A stretch of DNA of 64,000 nucleotides, taken from assembly GCA_964442705.1 (NCBI GenBank), contig CAYUAQ010000001.1:14976-78975 (forward strand). The letters run 5' to 3'. The position numbers were made by a program, and so were the translations under genes. Of the stretch, positions 1 through 9,404 are shown piece after piece (position 1 is the stretch's first letter; each line of letters begins with the position of its first letter). The notes beneath the pieces were generated by a model, which had not been told where the DNA came from, ran no database searches, and saw nothing but the letters and a program-made list of their open reading frames with translations. The stretch is from an uncultured Desulfobacteraceae bacterium (GTDB lineage Bacteria; Desulfobacterota; Desulfobacteria; Desulfobacterales; JALSRD01).

Positions 1-1
1 G

Positions 2-694
2 GGTGCCGCCGGCGACACCTTCGATGTCATCGGCCTCATCGGCGATTCACGCAGCGGGGGGCACCGGATTTCCGAAAAAGACGCCGATCGGGCCTTTCTG
101 CTGCTGGCCGACGCCAGCGGGCACGGCATCGGGCCGGCGCTGTCGGTAACCCAGGTGCGGGCTATGCTGCGCATGGCGGTACGTTCCGGGGAAGACCTCA
201 TGGCCATCATCCGGCTCATGAACAATCAGCTCAGCGAGGACCTTCACGAGGGGCGTTTTATCACCGCCTGGTTCGGGGAGCTGGATCTGGTCAAACACCG
301 GCTGGCCAGCTTCAGCCTGGGCCAGGCGCCGCTGCTTCACTACCGCGCGGAGGAGGACGGCTGCCGCAGCCTGATGCCCCAGGTGCCGCCTTTTGGCACC
401 ATCGATGAAATCGGGGAAAAGGGACCGCAAGTGGTGGAGATGGGGCCCGGGGACATCTTTGCCGTGCTTTCAGACGGTCTCTACGAGCCCCGAAACGCGG
501 AAGGACGCATGTTCGGCAAGCAGCGGGTGGTGGATATTCTGCGCGCCCGTCACGGGGAGACTCCCGATAGTATCCTGAGGGCTATTTTGGAGCAAATAGA
601 CCGTTTCACAGGAAAGGCGCCTCCAGACGACGACCGCACCGCAATCATCATCAAGAGGATTATGAAGTCTTCGGGGGGAAAAGGCGATGTTTGA
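2..694 (+). CDS. PP2C-type (SpoIIE/RsbU-like) serine phosphatase domain protein, 5'-truncated by window edge
   Basis: Frame 2 is open from nt 2 and reads GAAGDTFDVIG...LLLADASGHGIGPALSVTQVRAML...AWFGELD...GDIFAVLSDGLYE...DDDRTAIIIKR. This is the typical SpoIIE/PP2C metal-binding motif series. Stop at 692-694. Confidence 0.75.
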   Translation, partial: GAAGDTFDVIGLIGDSRSGGHRISEKDADRAFLLLADASGHGIGPALSVTQVRAMLRMAVRSGEDLMAIIRLMNNQLSEDLHEGRFITAWFGELDLVKHRLASFSLGQAPLLHYRAEEDGCRSLMPQVPPFGTIDEIGEKGPQVVEMGPGDIFAVLSDGLYEPRNAEGRMFGKQRVVDILRARHGETPDSILRAILEQIDRFTGKAPPDDDRTAIIIKRIMKSSGGKGDV

Positions 695-837
695 TTTGCA
701 CCTTGACAGACGGGCTTCTTTTTGACATATTTAAATCTTTTGGGAATTTTGAAAAGTCCGTATTTTCAAGGGGATGCAGAAGGAAGGCAGGCGAAATCGC
801 CGGTCCGCGGGGCAGTTTCTGCGGATGGTGATGATTT

Positions 838-2820
838 TTGGCGACCAGCATAGACGGGTGGATGATGATGAAAGATCTCTTGTTCAGTTCGTGGCGGAAC
901 CGGGTGGTGGACAATCGCGGTAAGGATCCCGATGCGTATGAACCTGTAGACAATGTGACGTTGCCGGAATATTTCAAGCAGGATCAGAAGCTCAAGGCGT
1001 TGATCGGCTGGTACGGTATCATCCTGCGGTCGCCCGATGTCAACGTGGTGGACATGTGCCGCAGTTATATGCTGGCAGTGCACCAGCAGTCCTGCGGCAA
1101 GTGCATTCCCTGCCGTACGGGCACCGGTGTCATGTACCGGATCATTGCCGGCATCTGCCAGGGCCAGGGGCAGGAAAGTGACATCGACATGCTGCGCACC
1201 CTGGCGGATAACGTGGCCAGCACGGCCAAGTGCAGCATCGGCCAGTTCGGTCCCCTGCCCATTCTGCACGCCCTGGACTACTTCGCAGATGCCTTTGCCG
1301 AAGCCATCCGACGCCACCAGGCCATTGCACCCGGCAGCTACCAGTCCAAGGCCACGGCCCCCTGCATGGATGCCTGCCCCATTCACCTGGACATCCCGCG
1401 CTATGTGGAATGCATCAAGGAGGGCAAATTCCAGGAATCGCTGGATGTCATCCGCGAAAGGCTGCCCATCCCGGGCGTGCTGGGGCGGGTGTGTGTGCGC
1501 CCCTGTGAGGAGCATTGCCGCCGGGAAAACCTGGACGAAGCCATTTCCATAAAGTATCTGAAGCGGTTCGTGGCCGACCACGAACTGTCACTGGGCCGCC
1601 GGCCCGAATTCAAGATAAAGCCGTCGCGCAAGACCGGAAAAGTAGCCATCGTGGGGGCCGGCCCCGCCGGCGTCACCTGTGCTTACCACCTGGCCCGCAA
1701 GGGTCACGAGGTGGTCATCTACGAACGGCTGGGCGAGCCCGGCGGCATGTCGGCCATGGGCATACCGGATTACCGTCTGCCACGCAATATTCTGCGCTGG
1801 GAAGTGGAGCAGATCCGGCGCTTGGGGGTCACCATTCACTACAATAGCGATGTGGGCAAGGATGTAATGCTTCCCGACCTGATCGAGAAAAACGAGGCCG
1901 TTTTCCTGGCCATCGGGGCCCAGTCCAGCACCTCCATGCGGGTCGAGGGCGAAGATGCCGGCTACCGGGGATTTATCCCTGGCGTGCAGTACCTGCGCGA
2001 CATCAACGAGGGCCGTGACCCATACCCGGAGGGCAGACGGGTGGTGGTCATCGGCGGCGGCAACGTGGCCATCGACTGTGTGCGCTGCTCGTTTCGTATC
2101 GGCAAGCAGGAAGTGAACCTGGTCTACCGCCGGACGCGCAAAGAGATGCCCGCCGACGAGGTCGAGATCCGGGATGCCGAGGAGGAGAAGGTTCAGTTTC
2201 ACTTTCTGACCACCCCGGTACGCGTGCTGGCAGAGGACGGCAAGGTGGTGGGCCTGGAGTGCATCCGCATGAAACTGGGCGAACCGGACAGCAGTGGCCG
2301 ACGGCGCCCGGTACCCATCGAGGGGTCCGAGTTCATCTTCGAATGCGACACCGTGGTGCCGGCTATCGGTCAGCGCATCGATTTGTCGCTGCTCGAGGGA
2401 GTGGACGATATAGAGACCACCCGCTGGAACACCATCGCCGTGGACGAAGTAACCAAGCAGACGTCCAACCCCAAGGTGTTCTCGGCCGGTGACTGCGAAA
2501 CCGGGCCCGGTGCCCTGATCACGGCCTGCGCCGGCGGCCGCAGGGCGGCCCGCAGCATGGACCGATTGATCAATGCAAAGCCGTTGACCTACACCCGTGA
2601 AGACCATTTCGACCAGCTTTTCAAGACGTTCAAGGTGTACGATCCGGAAGAGGATATCGGCATACCGGACAGGCGGCCGCGCAAGCACCTGTCCATGCTG
2701 CCGCCGGAGACCCGTAAAAAAACCTTCGACGAGGTGGAAAAAGGGTTCACCAACCCCGAAGCCATCGTCGAGGCGGCCCGCTGCCTGAGATGCTACCGGG
2801 TTGCAACGGTAGCGGTCTAA
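838..2820 (+). CDS. Fe-S flavoprotein: NuoF-like 4Fe-4S (SCGKCIPCRTG) N-terminal module fused to a GltD/glutamate-synthase-small-subunit-like NAD(P)H oxidoreductase
   Basis: 660-aa ORF. Motifs: SCGKCIPCRTGT (NuoF C-terminal cluster), PCMDACP...RVCVRPCEEHCRR (GltD-type Fe-S region), and two Rossmann motifs (VAIVGAGPAGV, VVVIGGGNVAIDC). The start is uncertain: TTG at 838, with ATG codons at about 862-868. Confidence 0.8.
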   Translation: MATSIDGWMMMKDLLFSSWRNRVVDNRGKDPDAYEPVDNVTLPEYFKQDQKLKALIGWYGIILRSPDVNVVDMCRSYMLAVHQQSCGKCIPCRTGTGVMYRIIAGICQGQGQESDIDMLRTLADNVASTAKCSIGQFGPLPILHALDYFADAFAEAIRRHQAIAPGSYQSKATAPCMDACPIHLDIPRYVECIKEGKFQESLDVIRERLPIPGVLGRVCVRPCEEHCRRENLDEAISIKYLKRFVADHELSLGRRPEFKIKPSRKTGKVAIVGAGPAGVTCAYHLARKGHEVVIYERLGEPGGMSAMGIPDYRLPRNILRWEVEQIRRLGVTIHYNSDVGKDVMLPDLIEKNEAVFLAIGAQSSTSMRVEGEDAGYRGFIPGVQYLRDINEGRDPYPEGRRVVVIGGGNVAIDCVRCSFRIGKQEVNLVYRRTRKEMPADEVEIRDAEEEKVQFHFLTTPVRVLAEDGKVVGLECIRMKLGEPDSSGRRRPVPIEGSEFIFECDTVVPAIGQRIDLSLLEGVDDIETTRWNTIAVDEVTKQTSNPKVFSAGDCETGPGALITACAGGRRAARSMDRLINAKPLTYTREDHFDQLFKTFKVYDPEEDIGIPDRRPRKHLSMLPPETRKKTFDEVEKGFTNPEAIVEAARCLRCYRVATVAV

Positions 2821-2824
2821 ACCC

Positions 2825-3859
2825 ATGGCGAGCAGGCAGCATCTCTTGCAACTGAAAAAGGGGACGTCTGCTTGGAATCGCTGGCGCAGGGAAAATGCAA
2901 AGACCATCCCGGATCTGAAGGGGGCCCGGCTGAAAGATATGGTCCTATGCGGGGCCAACCTCTCCTTCGCCGTTCTGGCGGAAGCCGATCTGAAAGGCGC
3001 GGACCTGAGTGAGGCCGACCTCACCGGCGCCGTGCTGCTGAAAGCCAACTGCACGGGCGCCATACTCAACGGCGCCATTTTAAAAAATGCACGCCTGGAA
3101 ATGGCGGACCTGAGCGAAGCCAGTCTGGTGAACGCCGTGCTCGCAGGCGCCTTCCTGAAACACGCCAACCTGACTGCCGCTCGCTTGGGCACTGCCGACC
3201 TGCGGAGCGCCGACCTGAGCAGTGCAGGCCTCGACGACGCCGGATTGGAATGGGCCAACCTGTCCCGTGCCCACCTCGGTCTGGCCAGCCTGCAAAACGC
3301 CTCCTGCCGCCAGGCGGATTTCACCGGTGCCGTGCTGGAAGGCGCCGACCTGCGAGGTGCCGACCTGCGCTTTGCCCGCTTGACAGATGCCTGGCTTTCG
3401 GGGGTGACCTTCAGCCGCAAGGCGCGCTTTCTGGGAGTGAGGCTGGATGGCGCCCACGGCAGTCGGCGTTTCCTGCGATTTGCCGCCCACCAGGATGGCA
3501 TCGAAGAGTTGCGCCAAGCGGGTCTGTGGGGGAAAATACGTTACGCACTGTGGCTGCTGTTCGCCGACTGCGGCCGCACCCCCTGGCCCTGGCTGCTGTG
3601 GTGTCTGGCGCTGGTGTTCTGCTTCGCCGCCGGTTTCTATTTTTTCCTTGGGCCCCGGTCTTTCGAGGTCGGTGAAATGCCCTGGAATTTCGGGTCGGTG
3701 CTGGCCTTTTCACTGGCCAGTTTCGCCGGTTTGGAGGCCGGCTGGATCCGGCCCATCACCACCGCAGCCCGCGGCTGGACCGCGGCCGCAGCCTTCAGCG
3801 GCTATCTCATGCTGGCCCTACTGGTGGCCACCGTGGCCGGCTGGTGGTCGCGGCGCTGA
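2825..3859 (+). CDS. Pentapeptide-repeat protein with C-terminal transmembrane region
   Basis: Long run of A(D/N)Lxx pentapeptides (ANLSFAVLAEADLKGADLSEADLTGAVLLKANCTGAIL...). It is followed by hydrophobic helices (WLLWCLALVFCFAAGFYFF, LMLALLVATVAGWW). The gene starts 4 nt after the upstream stop. Confidence 0.8.
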   Translation: MASRQHLLQLKKGTSAWNRWRRENAKTIPDLKGARLKDMVLCGANLSFAVLAEADLKGADLSEADLTGAVLLKANCTGAILNGAILKNARLEMADLSEASLVNAVLAGAFLKHANLTAARLGTADLRSADLSSAGLDDAGLEWANLSRAHLGLASLQNASCRQADFTGAVLEGADLRGADLRFARLTDAWLSGVTFSRKARFLGVRLDGAHGSRRFLRFAAHQDGIEELRQAGLWGKIRYALWLLFADCGRTPWPWLLWCLALVFCFAAGFYFFLGPRSFEVGEMPWNFGSVLAFSLASFAGLEAGWIRPITTAARGWTAAAAFSGYLMLALLVATVAGWWSRR

Positions 3860-3865
3860 TTTTTC

Positions 3866-5164
3866 CTACCTTTTGGCAAACCAGGGCTGTTCCGTGATCA
3901 GGTTCCTCAGCAGTTTGCGTAGCACGGTGTAAGAGAAGAACTTGGTGGCCAGACCATAGTTGTGATCCACCATCTGCCGACGAAGCAGATCGTCTTCAAG
4001 CACTTTTTTGGTCAGATCGACGGCTTCTCTGGTCACGTACCCATCGATTTCGATCACCGAAAATCCTTTGGGCTTGATGTCCCGCGCATAGATGGAATAG
4101 ATGTTGACCACGATGGGCTTGCGGAAATAGACCGCCTCCAGAAAGGCATTGCCGAAGCCCTCGAAGGTAGAGGGATAAGTCACCAGATCGGCATGGGGGT
4201 AAATGTCTTCCAGGGTGTAGACCTTCCTGCCGTCGGGCAGGATTTCCCGCTTTTCATCGATGATGTCCGAAACAAAAATGGTTTCCACCGCCATCAGGCG
4301 CGAGTATTCCTTGAGGCGCTGCTCGTAGTCATGCCCCTCGTCGCCGGAAGCATGGGAGATAACCAGCTTGACTTTTCGGCCCAACCGGTTGCCCAGGCGG
4401 TGCACCAGTTCGATGGCGTGTTCGATGCCTTTGCGTTTCACCACCCGGGTGGGCTGCAGTACGAACAGCTCGTTGTCTTTGATGCCCAGGGCCTGGCGAA
4501 CATCGGCGGCGTATTCGTCCAAGGGGGGTGGTGGATTGTCGAAATCCATCACGTTGGGGATGATACGGGCCGATATGCCGGTTCTGAAACTGAGCTGTTC
4601 GTCGGCAAAAGAGTTGATTACGGTGTGGACGATGGAGGGCAGTTCGGGGGGGTAGGACATGTGCAGGTAATCGGAAACGGCGTTGATGATGAAACGGTCC
4701 CGTTCCCAATAAAAATCGTGGTGATGAGCCACGGTGGGGATGTTGGTTTCGGCGATCAATTCGGTCAGGGCGATGGCCAGGGGGATGTTCAACGGGATGG
4801 CCAGCACGTTTTCAGGGATCAGCAGTCCGATGTCGAATTTTGCGATAAAGCGATACAGGTGATCTTTCAGATACCGGGCCAAGCGGTGAATCTCGTGGGT
4901 CACGCTGCGGTCGCGTTCGGTGACCCCGAAACACTTTGCGTGCAGAGCGGCGATTTCCGGGTGTCGAAAATGGGCTTCCGGCAGCAGGTAGGAGAGGGCA
5001 TCGGGCCGTTCCAGTTCGCCGGCAAAGTAGTGGCAGCGCAGGCCGGCGTTCTCCAGGACCTGGACCCATTTTTCCGATTCCAGTGATACGCCGTCCGTTC
5101 CGGCCAGGCGGAACGAGACGATTCCTACGTTGTCCGGTTTCCATTTTTTCTTGTTCGCAATCAT
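3866..5164 (-). CDS. GT4-family (GT-B fold) glycosyltransferase
   Basis: 432-aa ORF with a C-terminal GT1/GT4 signature (YPSTFEGFGNAFLEAVYFRKPIVVN). GGGAGA RBS upstream. Lies directly downstream of pyk on the same strand. Confidence 0.7.
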   Translation of the reverse strand: MIANKKKWKPDNVGIVSFRLAGTDGVSLESEKWVQVLENAGLRCHYFAGELERPDALSYLLPEAHFRHPEIAALHAKCFGVTERDRSVTHEIHRLARYLKDHLYRFIAKFDIGLLIPENVLAIPLNIPLAIALTELIAETNIPTVAHHHDFYWERDRFIINAVSDYLHMSYPPELPSIVHTVINSFADEQLSFRTGISARIIPNVMDFDNPPPPLDEYAADVRQALGIKDNELFVLQPTRVVKRKGIEHAIELVHRLGNRLGRKVKLVISHASGDEGHDYEQRLKEYSRLMAVETIFVSDIIDEKREILPDGRKVYTLEDIYPHADLVTYPSTFEGFGNAFLEAVYFRKPIVVNIYSIYARDIKPKGFSVIEIDGYVTREAVDLTKKVLEDDLLRRQMVDHNYGLATKFFSYTVLRKLLRNLITEQPWFAKR

Positions 5165-5202
5165 CGGCAGTTGTCTCCCGGGGGTTTCAGGAATGCGGTT
5201 GT

Positions 5203-6633
5203 CTATGCAGGTTCAAGATTGATGATTTCCATGCGATTGTTGCGTTCGGGATGTTTGCGCGAAGGTCCCTCGGTGAGGACCACCAGTTTTCCGGGGATCT
5301 GCTGGCCTTCGAAGAAGGTTTGGATCCAGGGGCGCCAGGCCGTGGGATGATCCGCTTCGCAAACAGGGTATACCCCGTATGAGAAGCACAGCCCCCGGCA
5401 GACCCTCTCGTCACTGCTGACGCCAACGATCCAGACCGGCAGGCGAAAGCGCGTGATGCGGCGGGCCGTGGCGCCGCTGCGCGTGGGAACGATGACGGCA
5501 TCGGGGGTGATACGTTCCAGGGTGGTGGCCACGCCCAGGGCGATGACATCCGCCAGGTTGATGTCGCCATGGGTGGGCACCGCCATGAGTTCGTCCTGCA
5601 GCGGATGTCGGCCGCGATGGGGCTCGATGGCGGCGGCGATGCTCGCCAGCATACGGGTGGCCTCTAGCGGGTATCTGCCGGTGGCCGATTCCGCCGACAG
5701 CATGACGCAGTCGGTGCCGTCCAGGATGGCGTTGGCCACGTCGGTGGCTTCAGCCCTCGTGGGGCGCCGGCTGACGGTCATGGATTCCAGCATCTGGGTG
5801 GCGGTGATTACCGGCTTCCCGATGCGGTTGGCCTGCTGCATGATTCTTTTCTGAGCCACGGCGATCTGCTCAATGGGGATTTCCACCCCCAGATCGCCCC
5901 GCGCCACCATGATGCCGTCGGCTGCCTCCAGGATTTCATCCAGGTTTTCCAGGGCTCCCGAGCGTTCGATTTTGGCGATTACGAAGGGGTCGTGCCCCAT
6001 TTCGGCAGCGGCTTCTTTGACGGCTATCAGGTCTTGGGCGGTTTCGACAAACGATTGGCTGACGGCATCCACGCCGTTTTTCAAGGCAAAGGCCAGGCAC
6101 TGGCGGTCATGGTCGGTAAAGGCGCTGATGCCCAGGTCGATGCCCGGCAGGTTGAGACCCTTGCGTGAACTCAGCGTACCGCCTGTCGCCACCCGGCAAC
6201 GCACTTCCTCTCCTGAAACCGCCACCACCTCGAGCTGTATGATGCCGTCATTCAAAAAGAGGCGGTTGCCGGGATGTACCGATTGCGGCAACTTTTGCAA
6301 GCTCACCGATACGCGCTCGTGATTGCCCTCCACGGAACGGGTGGTGAGGGTGAAGGCATCGCCCTTGTGCAGTTCGATGGGGTCCTCGGCAAAATCGCCG
6401 ATACGCATCTTGGGTCCCGGCAGGTCCGCCATGATGGCCAGGCGCCGACCGGTGGCCTGCTCGGCCCGACGGATTCTTGCGATGACCTGGCCGTGACCCT
6501 CGAAATCGCCGTGGGAAAAGTTGAGGCGGGCGACGTTCATGCCGGCTTTGATGAGCGCTTCGATTACTTCCTGCGAATCCGATACCGGGCCGATGGTACA
6601 GACGATCTTGGTTTTACTGGCCGGAAACCCCAT
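5203..6633 (-). CDS. pyk: Pyruvate kinase
   Basis: KTKIVCTIGPVSDSQEVIEALIKAGMNVARLNFSHGDFEGH, MADLPGPKMRIG, IAKIERSGALENLDEILEAADGIMVARGDLGVEIP, ATQMLESM. Start chosen at MGFPASK (ATG complement at 6631-6633) because GGAAGGA lies upstream. The longest ORF extends to 6690. Confidence 0.93.
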   Translation of the reverse strand: MGFPASKTKIVCTIGPVSDSQEVIEALIKAGMNVARLNFSHGDFEGHGQVIARIRRAEQATGRRLAIMADLPGPKMRIGDFAEDPIELHKGDAFTLTTRSVEGNHERVSVSLQKLPQSVHPGNRLFLNDGIIQLEVVAVSGEEVRCRVATGGTLSSRKGLNLPGIDLGISAFTDHDRQCLAFALKNGVDAVSQSFVETAQDLIAVKEAAAEMGHDPFVIAKIERSGALENLDEILEAADGIMVARGDLGVEIPIEQIAVAQKRIMQQANRIGKPVITATQMLESMTVSRRPTRAEATDVANAILDGTDCVMLSAESATGRYPLEATRMLASIAAAIEPHRGRHPLQDELMAVPTHGDINLADVIALGVATTLERITPDAVIVPTRSGATARRITRFRLPVWIVGVSSDERVCRGLCFSYGVYPVCEADHPTAWRPWIQTFFEGQQIPGKLVVLTEGPSRKHPERNNRMEIINLEPA

Positions 6634-6773
6634 GTCACTTTTTCCTTCCCTAGGGATGTGTTTTTGATCTCTTGTCCGACTTTTTTGCAACTATACGAAT
6701 TTTCCGGCCTTTCTGTCAAGAATGCAGAACAGGAAAGCGATTTTTTGGTGTCGAAACAAACAAAAAAAAACAG

Positions 6774-6802
6774 TTGACAACAAAAACGCACAAACATATA
6801 AC
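6774..6802 (+). promoter_or_regulatory. Sigma-70-like promoter for the DeoR regulator gene
   Basis: TTGACA (6774-6779), 17-nt spacer, TATAAC (6797-6802). The ATG at 6820 follows with only a very short leader and no obvious SD. Confidence 0.45.
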
Positions 6803-6819
6803 GCTGCAAAATATCGCAC

Positions 6820-7602
6820 ATGAAGAAATCAACCACCATATTGCCGGCTCAGAGGCGACAGCGCATCCTGGAAATTCTCAGGGGAGAACTGATCATTCGG
6901 GGAACCCGGTTGAGCGAATTGCTGGGCGTTTCCGAAATGACCATCCGCCGTGACCTGGATGAGCTTGAAAGACAGGGGCTCGTGGAAAGAACCCACGGCG
7001 GCGCCATATTACGCCAGGAAAGGGTGGACGGCAAATTCTTCTATCACCGCAGCCGAGAGCAGAATCCCGGTCAGAAGCGCTCCATCGCCCTGCGGGCGGC
7101 CACCCTGATCGAACCCAACGACGTCGTCTACATCGGAGAGGGCTACACCGCCGCACAGATCGTGCGCCATGTTGACCCCCATCGGCCCATGACCCTCTTC
7201 ACCAACAACCTGGGCGTATTGCCCGAGGCGGCCGAAACGGCGGCCGAAATCATTTTGCTGCCCGGTGTCTACGACGCCGACACCCAGTCCCTGGCAGGAC
7301 CGCTTACCCTGGAGATGATCGAACAGATAAACGCCGACAAGGTCTTCCTGGGTGCCGACGGACTGAGCCTGAAAACCGGGATGACCACTCCCAACCTGGA
7401 TATTGCCGTTATCGAGCGCTGCATGATCCGGCACACCCGGGGCAAGGTCATCGTCATGGCGGAGCACGCCAAGTTCGGCATGGTGGCCCGGGTGGCCATT
7501 GCGCCCATGGAACGGATCGATGTCATCATCACAAACCGGGAGATACCCGCCGATTTCCGGGAAGATCTCGAAAAATTAAAAATTGAATTGATTCTTGCAT
7601 GA
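6820..7602 (+). CDS. DeoR/GlpR-family transcriptional regulator
   Basis: N-terminal HTH (RRQRILEILRGE..IRGTRLSELLGVSEMTIRRDLDELERQGLVERTHGGA) plus a C-terminal DeoR sugar-phosphate-binding-type domain (ADKVFLGADGLS). Confidence 0.88.
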   Translation: MKKSTTILPAQRRQRILEILRGELIIRGTRLSELLGVSEMTIRRDLDELERQGLVERTHGGAILRQERVDGKFFYHRSREQNPGQKRSIALRAATLIEPNDVVYIGEGYTAAQIVRHVDPHRPMTLFTNNLGVLPEAAETAAEIILLPGVYDADTQSLAGPLTLEMIEQINADKVFLGADGLSLKTGMTTPNLDIAVIERCMIRHTRGKVIVMAEHAKFGMVARVAIAPMERIDVIITNREIPADFREDLEKLKIELILA

Positions 7603-7667
7603 TTAATAAAGAACAATAAATCAGGCAGATAAAGATAAAACATAAACTTTAACGGAAAGGAAATGGT

Positions 7668-8435
7668 ATGCAAGTCTACGTCTGTGTAAAGCACGTTCCC
7701 GACACGGCTGCCAACATCAGGGCCGAGGGAGAGGCTGGATTCAGCGAGAGTGTTAAGTTCGTGGTGAACCCCTATGATGAATACGCGGTGGAAGAGGCCG
7801 TTCGGCTGGTCAAGGAAAAGGGCGGCGAGGTGATCGCCGTATGCGTCGGCAAGGCGGCCGCCATGAGCACCCTGCGAAGCGCTTTGGCCGTGGGCGTCGA
7901 CCGGGGCATCCTGGTGAAAATCGACCGGCAGCTGCCCGAACCCTGCCTGATCGCCCGTGCCCTGCAGAAGGCCATAGCGCAGGACGGCCCGGCGGACTTG
8001 ATTTTCACGGGCCGGCAGTCGGTGGACAGCGAGGGCATGCAGACCCACTACCGCCTGGCGGCCGGCCTGGGCATCCCGGCGGTCAGTGACGTGGTGGCTT
8101 TCGAACTTGTGAATGGCGGTGCCCGCGTGGAGCGCGAGTGCGGCGGTGGCGCGCGCGAGGTGATCGACGTGGCACTGCCGTGTGTCATCGGCGCCAACAA
8201 GGGTCTCAACGAGCCCCGTTATCCCAAGCTGCCGGACGTGCTCAAGGCCAAGAAGAAACCGGTCAAGGAGATAGCGCTCAGTGAGCTGTCCGTGGAGGCT
8301 CCCGAGGATGACTGCCGCATGACCAAACTGGAAGTGATGCCCGACCGGGGCCAGGCCACCATGCTGGCGGGCAGTGTGCCCGAAATGGTGGCAGAGCTGG
8401 TGCGCATTCTGGAGGAAGACGAAAAAGTGCTCTAA
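7668..8435 (+). CDS. etfB: Electron transfer flavoprotein, beta subunit
   Basis: MQVYVCVKHVPDTAANIR...VVNPYDEYAVEEAVRLKE...DLIFTGRQSVDSEGMQT, the typical EtfB pattern. GGAAAGGA RBS. Confidence 0.9.
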   Translation: MQVYVCVKHVPDTAANIRAEGEAGFSESVKFVVNPYDEYAVEEAVRLVKEKGGEVIAVCVGKAAAMSTLRSALAVGVDRGILVKIDRQLPEPCLIARALQKAIAQDGPADLIFTGRQSVDSEGMQTHYRLAAGLGIPAVSDVVAFELVNGGARVERECGGGAREVIDVALPCVIGANKGLNEPRYPKLPDVLKAKKKPVKEIALSELSVEAPEDDCRMTKLEVMPDRGQATMLAGSVPEMVAELVRILEEDEKVL

Positions 8436-8452
8436 AAAAAAGGAGAATACCC

Positions 8453-9400
8453 ATGGCAAGAATAGGGGTGTGGATAGAGATTGGAGAAAGCGGTGTAAAG
8501 GAAGCCAACTTCGGGGTCCTGACGGCGGCGGCCGGCAACGATGTTTACGCCCTGATCTGCGGTGGAGATGCCGACGCCTGCAAGGAGGCCTGCCAGCAAT
8601 ACGGCGCCCGAAAGGTGGTGGCCCTTTCGGCTCAGTCCGGCAACCTGGCCGACAGCCCGGACCTGACCGCCCGGGCCCTGGCCGCGGCGGTCGAGGAGCT
8701 TGATCTAGACGTGCTGACGGGCCTCGGCAGCCTGAACGGTCGCGACCTGCTGGCCCGCACGGCGGCCCTGCTGGACGTGCCGCTGCTGCAGGACTGCATG
8801 GCGGTTGACTTTGGCGCAGGCACCGTGCGCAAGTCCCATTTTTCCGGTAAAACCGTGGCCACTTTCGAGTGCAGCGCCCCGGTGTGGCTGTGCTCAATCC
8901 GGCCCAATGCCGTCGAGCCGGCCGAAGCGCCGGTGGAAGCCGAGGTGGTGTCTTTCGAGGCTCCCGTGTCGGACAGCGGCGATGTCAGGGTAGTCGAGGT
9001 GCGCAAAGACACCTCGGGGGTGATGGAACTTACCGAAGCCAACATCATCATCACCGGCGGACGTCCCATGGACTCGGCCGAGAACTTCAAGCTGCTGCAC
9101 GCGTGCGCCGCGCAACTGGGTGCCGCCGTCGGGGCCTCGCGGGCCGCGGTGGACGCCGGTTTTGCGCCTCACAGCATGCAGGTGGGCCAGACCGGTAAAA
9201 CCGTGTCCCCACGGCTGTACATCGCCTGCGGTCTGTCCGGATCGGTGCAGCACTTCGCCGGCATGAAGACCTCCAAGGTGATCGTGGCCATCAACACCGA
9301 CAAAGACGCCCCCATCTTCGGCAAGTGCAACTACGGCATCGTGGGCGACCTTTTCGAGGTGGTGCCCGTGCTGACTGAAGCGCTCAAAAAAAGGGGGTAA
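8453..9400 (+). CDS. etfA: Electron transfer flavoprotein, alpha subunit
   Basis: C-terminal FAD-binding signature: GASRAAVDAGFAPHSMQVGQTGKTVSPRLYIACGLSGSVQHFAGMKTSKVIVAINTDKDAPIF. Confidence 0.9.
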   Translation: MARIGVWIEIGESGVKEANFGVLTAAAGNDVYALICGGDADACKEACQQYGARKVVALSAQSGNLADSPDLTARALAAAVEELDLDVLTGLGSLNGRDLLARTAALLDVPLLQDCMAVDFGAGTVRKSHFSGKTVATFECSAPVWLCSIRPNAVEPAEAPVEAEVVSFEAPVSDSGDVRVVEVRKDTSGVMELTEANIIITGGRPMDSAENFKLLHACAAQLGAAVGASRAAVDAGFAPHSMQVGQTGKTVSPRLYIACGLSGSVQHFAGMKTSKVIVAINTDKDAPIFGKCNYGIVGDLFEVVPVLTEALKKRG

Positions 9401-9404
9401 AGGC

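Noticed and set aside
838-2820. Search for in-frame UGA (selenocysteine) recoding in redox genes, prompted by the presence of selC
   Set aside because: All redox ORFs in the window (GltD-like, EtfAB, DMGDH-like, ALDH) read through uninterrupted in one frame. No pair of same-frame ORFs split by a TGA was noticed.
1588-3501. 637-aa minus-strand ORF overlapping the GltD-like and pentapeptide-repeat genes
   Set aside because: It is antisense to two genes with clear family motifs. Its translation is Arg/Ala/Pro/Ser-rich low complexity (RSAxxRSA is the mirror image of the pentapeptide repeats). This is the typical spurious antisense ORF of a GC-rich genome.
7269-8897. 542-aa minus-strand ORF across deoR, etfB and etfA
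   Set aside because: It overlaps three well-supported plus-strand genes. Its composition is Pro/Arg/Gly-rich with no motifs.
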